Below are positions 62,598 through 64,000 of a stretch of 64,000 nt of DNA, piece by piece. The translations under genes and the position numbers were made by a program. Under the pieces are notes generated by a model. That model did no database searches. It had not been told where the DNA came from and was given only the letters and a program-made list of their open reading frames with translations. The stretch comes from Mustelus asterias (taxonomy: Eukaryota): positions 106,268,001 through 106,332,000 of the forward strand of contig NC_135809.1 in assembly GCF_964213995.1 (NCBI RefSeq), written 5' to 3'. Every line of letters begins with the position of its first letter. Within the stretch, counting starts at the first letter, position 1.

Positions 62598-64000
62598 GGG
62601 GGTGGGGGGTGGGGCTAGGGGTGGGGGGGGGTGCGCGGGAGGTGGGGTGGTGGGGGGGTGGGGGGGTGGGGGGGGGGGTGGAGTGGTGGTGCGCCGGAGG
62701 TGGGGGTGGGGGGGAGGGGTGGGTGGATGGGTGTGTGAATGTATGTGTGTGTGCGTTGGAGGGTGGCATGCGCCAGGCCGATGCACCGGACATCCAATTG
62801 GATGCTAAATACACTTGCTGATAGGCTCATTTGTATTTGTTTGAGCCTATCAGCAACAAACGCAGAGCAAAATCGGACACTGATTGGTGAGTCTGAAAGA
62901 ATGGGAAAACTGGTAACAAAAGATTAACTTGTTGAGATGAGCGCCAGACCACAACAAGAGGCAAGGAAGAGGTGTGGAGGCCAGCCACACTACAAGGGAT
63001 TAAGCGGCTGAGATCTGTGAATCAAGTCATGTGGAGGTGAGCAGGTTTGTGCCGGGCATTGACATGAGTGGACCCAGGCCAGCAAAAGCAGCAGGCGCGT
63101 TACACCCTGGCCCCTCAATCAAGCCATGAGCTGGTGGGCAGACAATGAGGTTTGTGCCCGGCACGATCAGCAACAGGCGCGCGACGATGTCCTGAGGTGA
63201 AGGAGAGGCACGGTGGCCATGACAATGAGGCAGCTTGCCTTGAAGAATGAAGGTGAGTGTGGATGGGAGAGTGTGAGGGGTTGGGAGAGACTGTGAAGTA
63301 GATGGGCTGGGGGGGGTGGGGGGGACGAGTGTGAGGGTGTAGGAGAGTAGAGTATGTGCGGGGTTTGGGCTGCAGACTTGCAGGTAGACAGAGTGTGTGA
63401 GGGCCCGGTTGCATTATGGAGAGAGGAAGAGTTTGTGATGGGGTTGGGGGTCCACGCGGAGGAAAGGCTTGTGAGGAGAATGGACAGGAAAAGAGTAGAG
63501 TGAGTGTTGTTTGAAACTCATGATCAGAATCACAACCTCATCGGTAAAAGATAAACCCAATTTTTGCAGAGCTTGAACCTGATAAAAACATGGAATTGAC
63601 TGCGCAAATGTCTGCTCTTTCAAACACTTCATTAGCTGTCTCACATCAAGATCAGTTTCTTTAGCAATATGAAGTGACACCATCATTCTAGCAGTCAAAA
63701 AACACAGAAAATTAGAGGCAAGGGCGGAAAGGATAAAGCTCGGCAAAAAGACTATTTCTAATTACTGATCAAGCATGAAAATGGGAAAGCTTCACACCTG
63801 TTCTTTTCGGCGAGAGAAAAAAATCAAATCTTATAACACTCAGAAGAAAAAATGAGGCAAAATGTGATTCTTGCCAGTAAGGGAAGTGGATAGAGTCAAT
63901 TCATGCTGGGAAGACAGCTGCTGACTGTTACAGGGCGGTATTGTGCATGTGCTCTGATGAGACAACCTTAGCAGTTTGAATTAGATAGTTTTCTGTAACC

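Overview
Vertebrate genomic DNA, almost certainly from a shark (dense HE1/V-SINEs, HER1/CR1 LINEs, Deu-type SINEs). It is intergenic or intronic, and I recognise no intact multi-exon host gene. Most of the window is transposon-derived: CR1, Rex1/Babar, RTE and L2-like LINE pieces, Gypsy relics, solo LTRs, Harbinger relics and GC-rich Harbinger-type non-autonomous elements. A young Penelope-like (RT + GIY-YIG) family occurs as one 2.4-kb copy with inverted ends and many mini-hairpins carrying minimal hammerhead ribozymes. Highlights: (1) an internally deleted two-LTR endogenous retrovirus (32913-37238, minus strand) with a foamy/loki-type env and an Arg-like PBS; (2) a spliced OPA1 mRNA fragment with an inversion, directly abutting a Harbinger-type element whose three copies differ in their interiors; (3) a Penelope insertion enclosing a copy of nearby genomic DNA; (4) an unexplained CpG-retaining 87-codon ORF at 39.3-39.6 kb. 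Family names come from recalled motifs, not database searches, and boundaries of old repeats are approximate.
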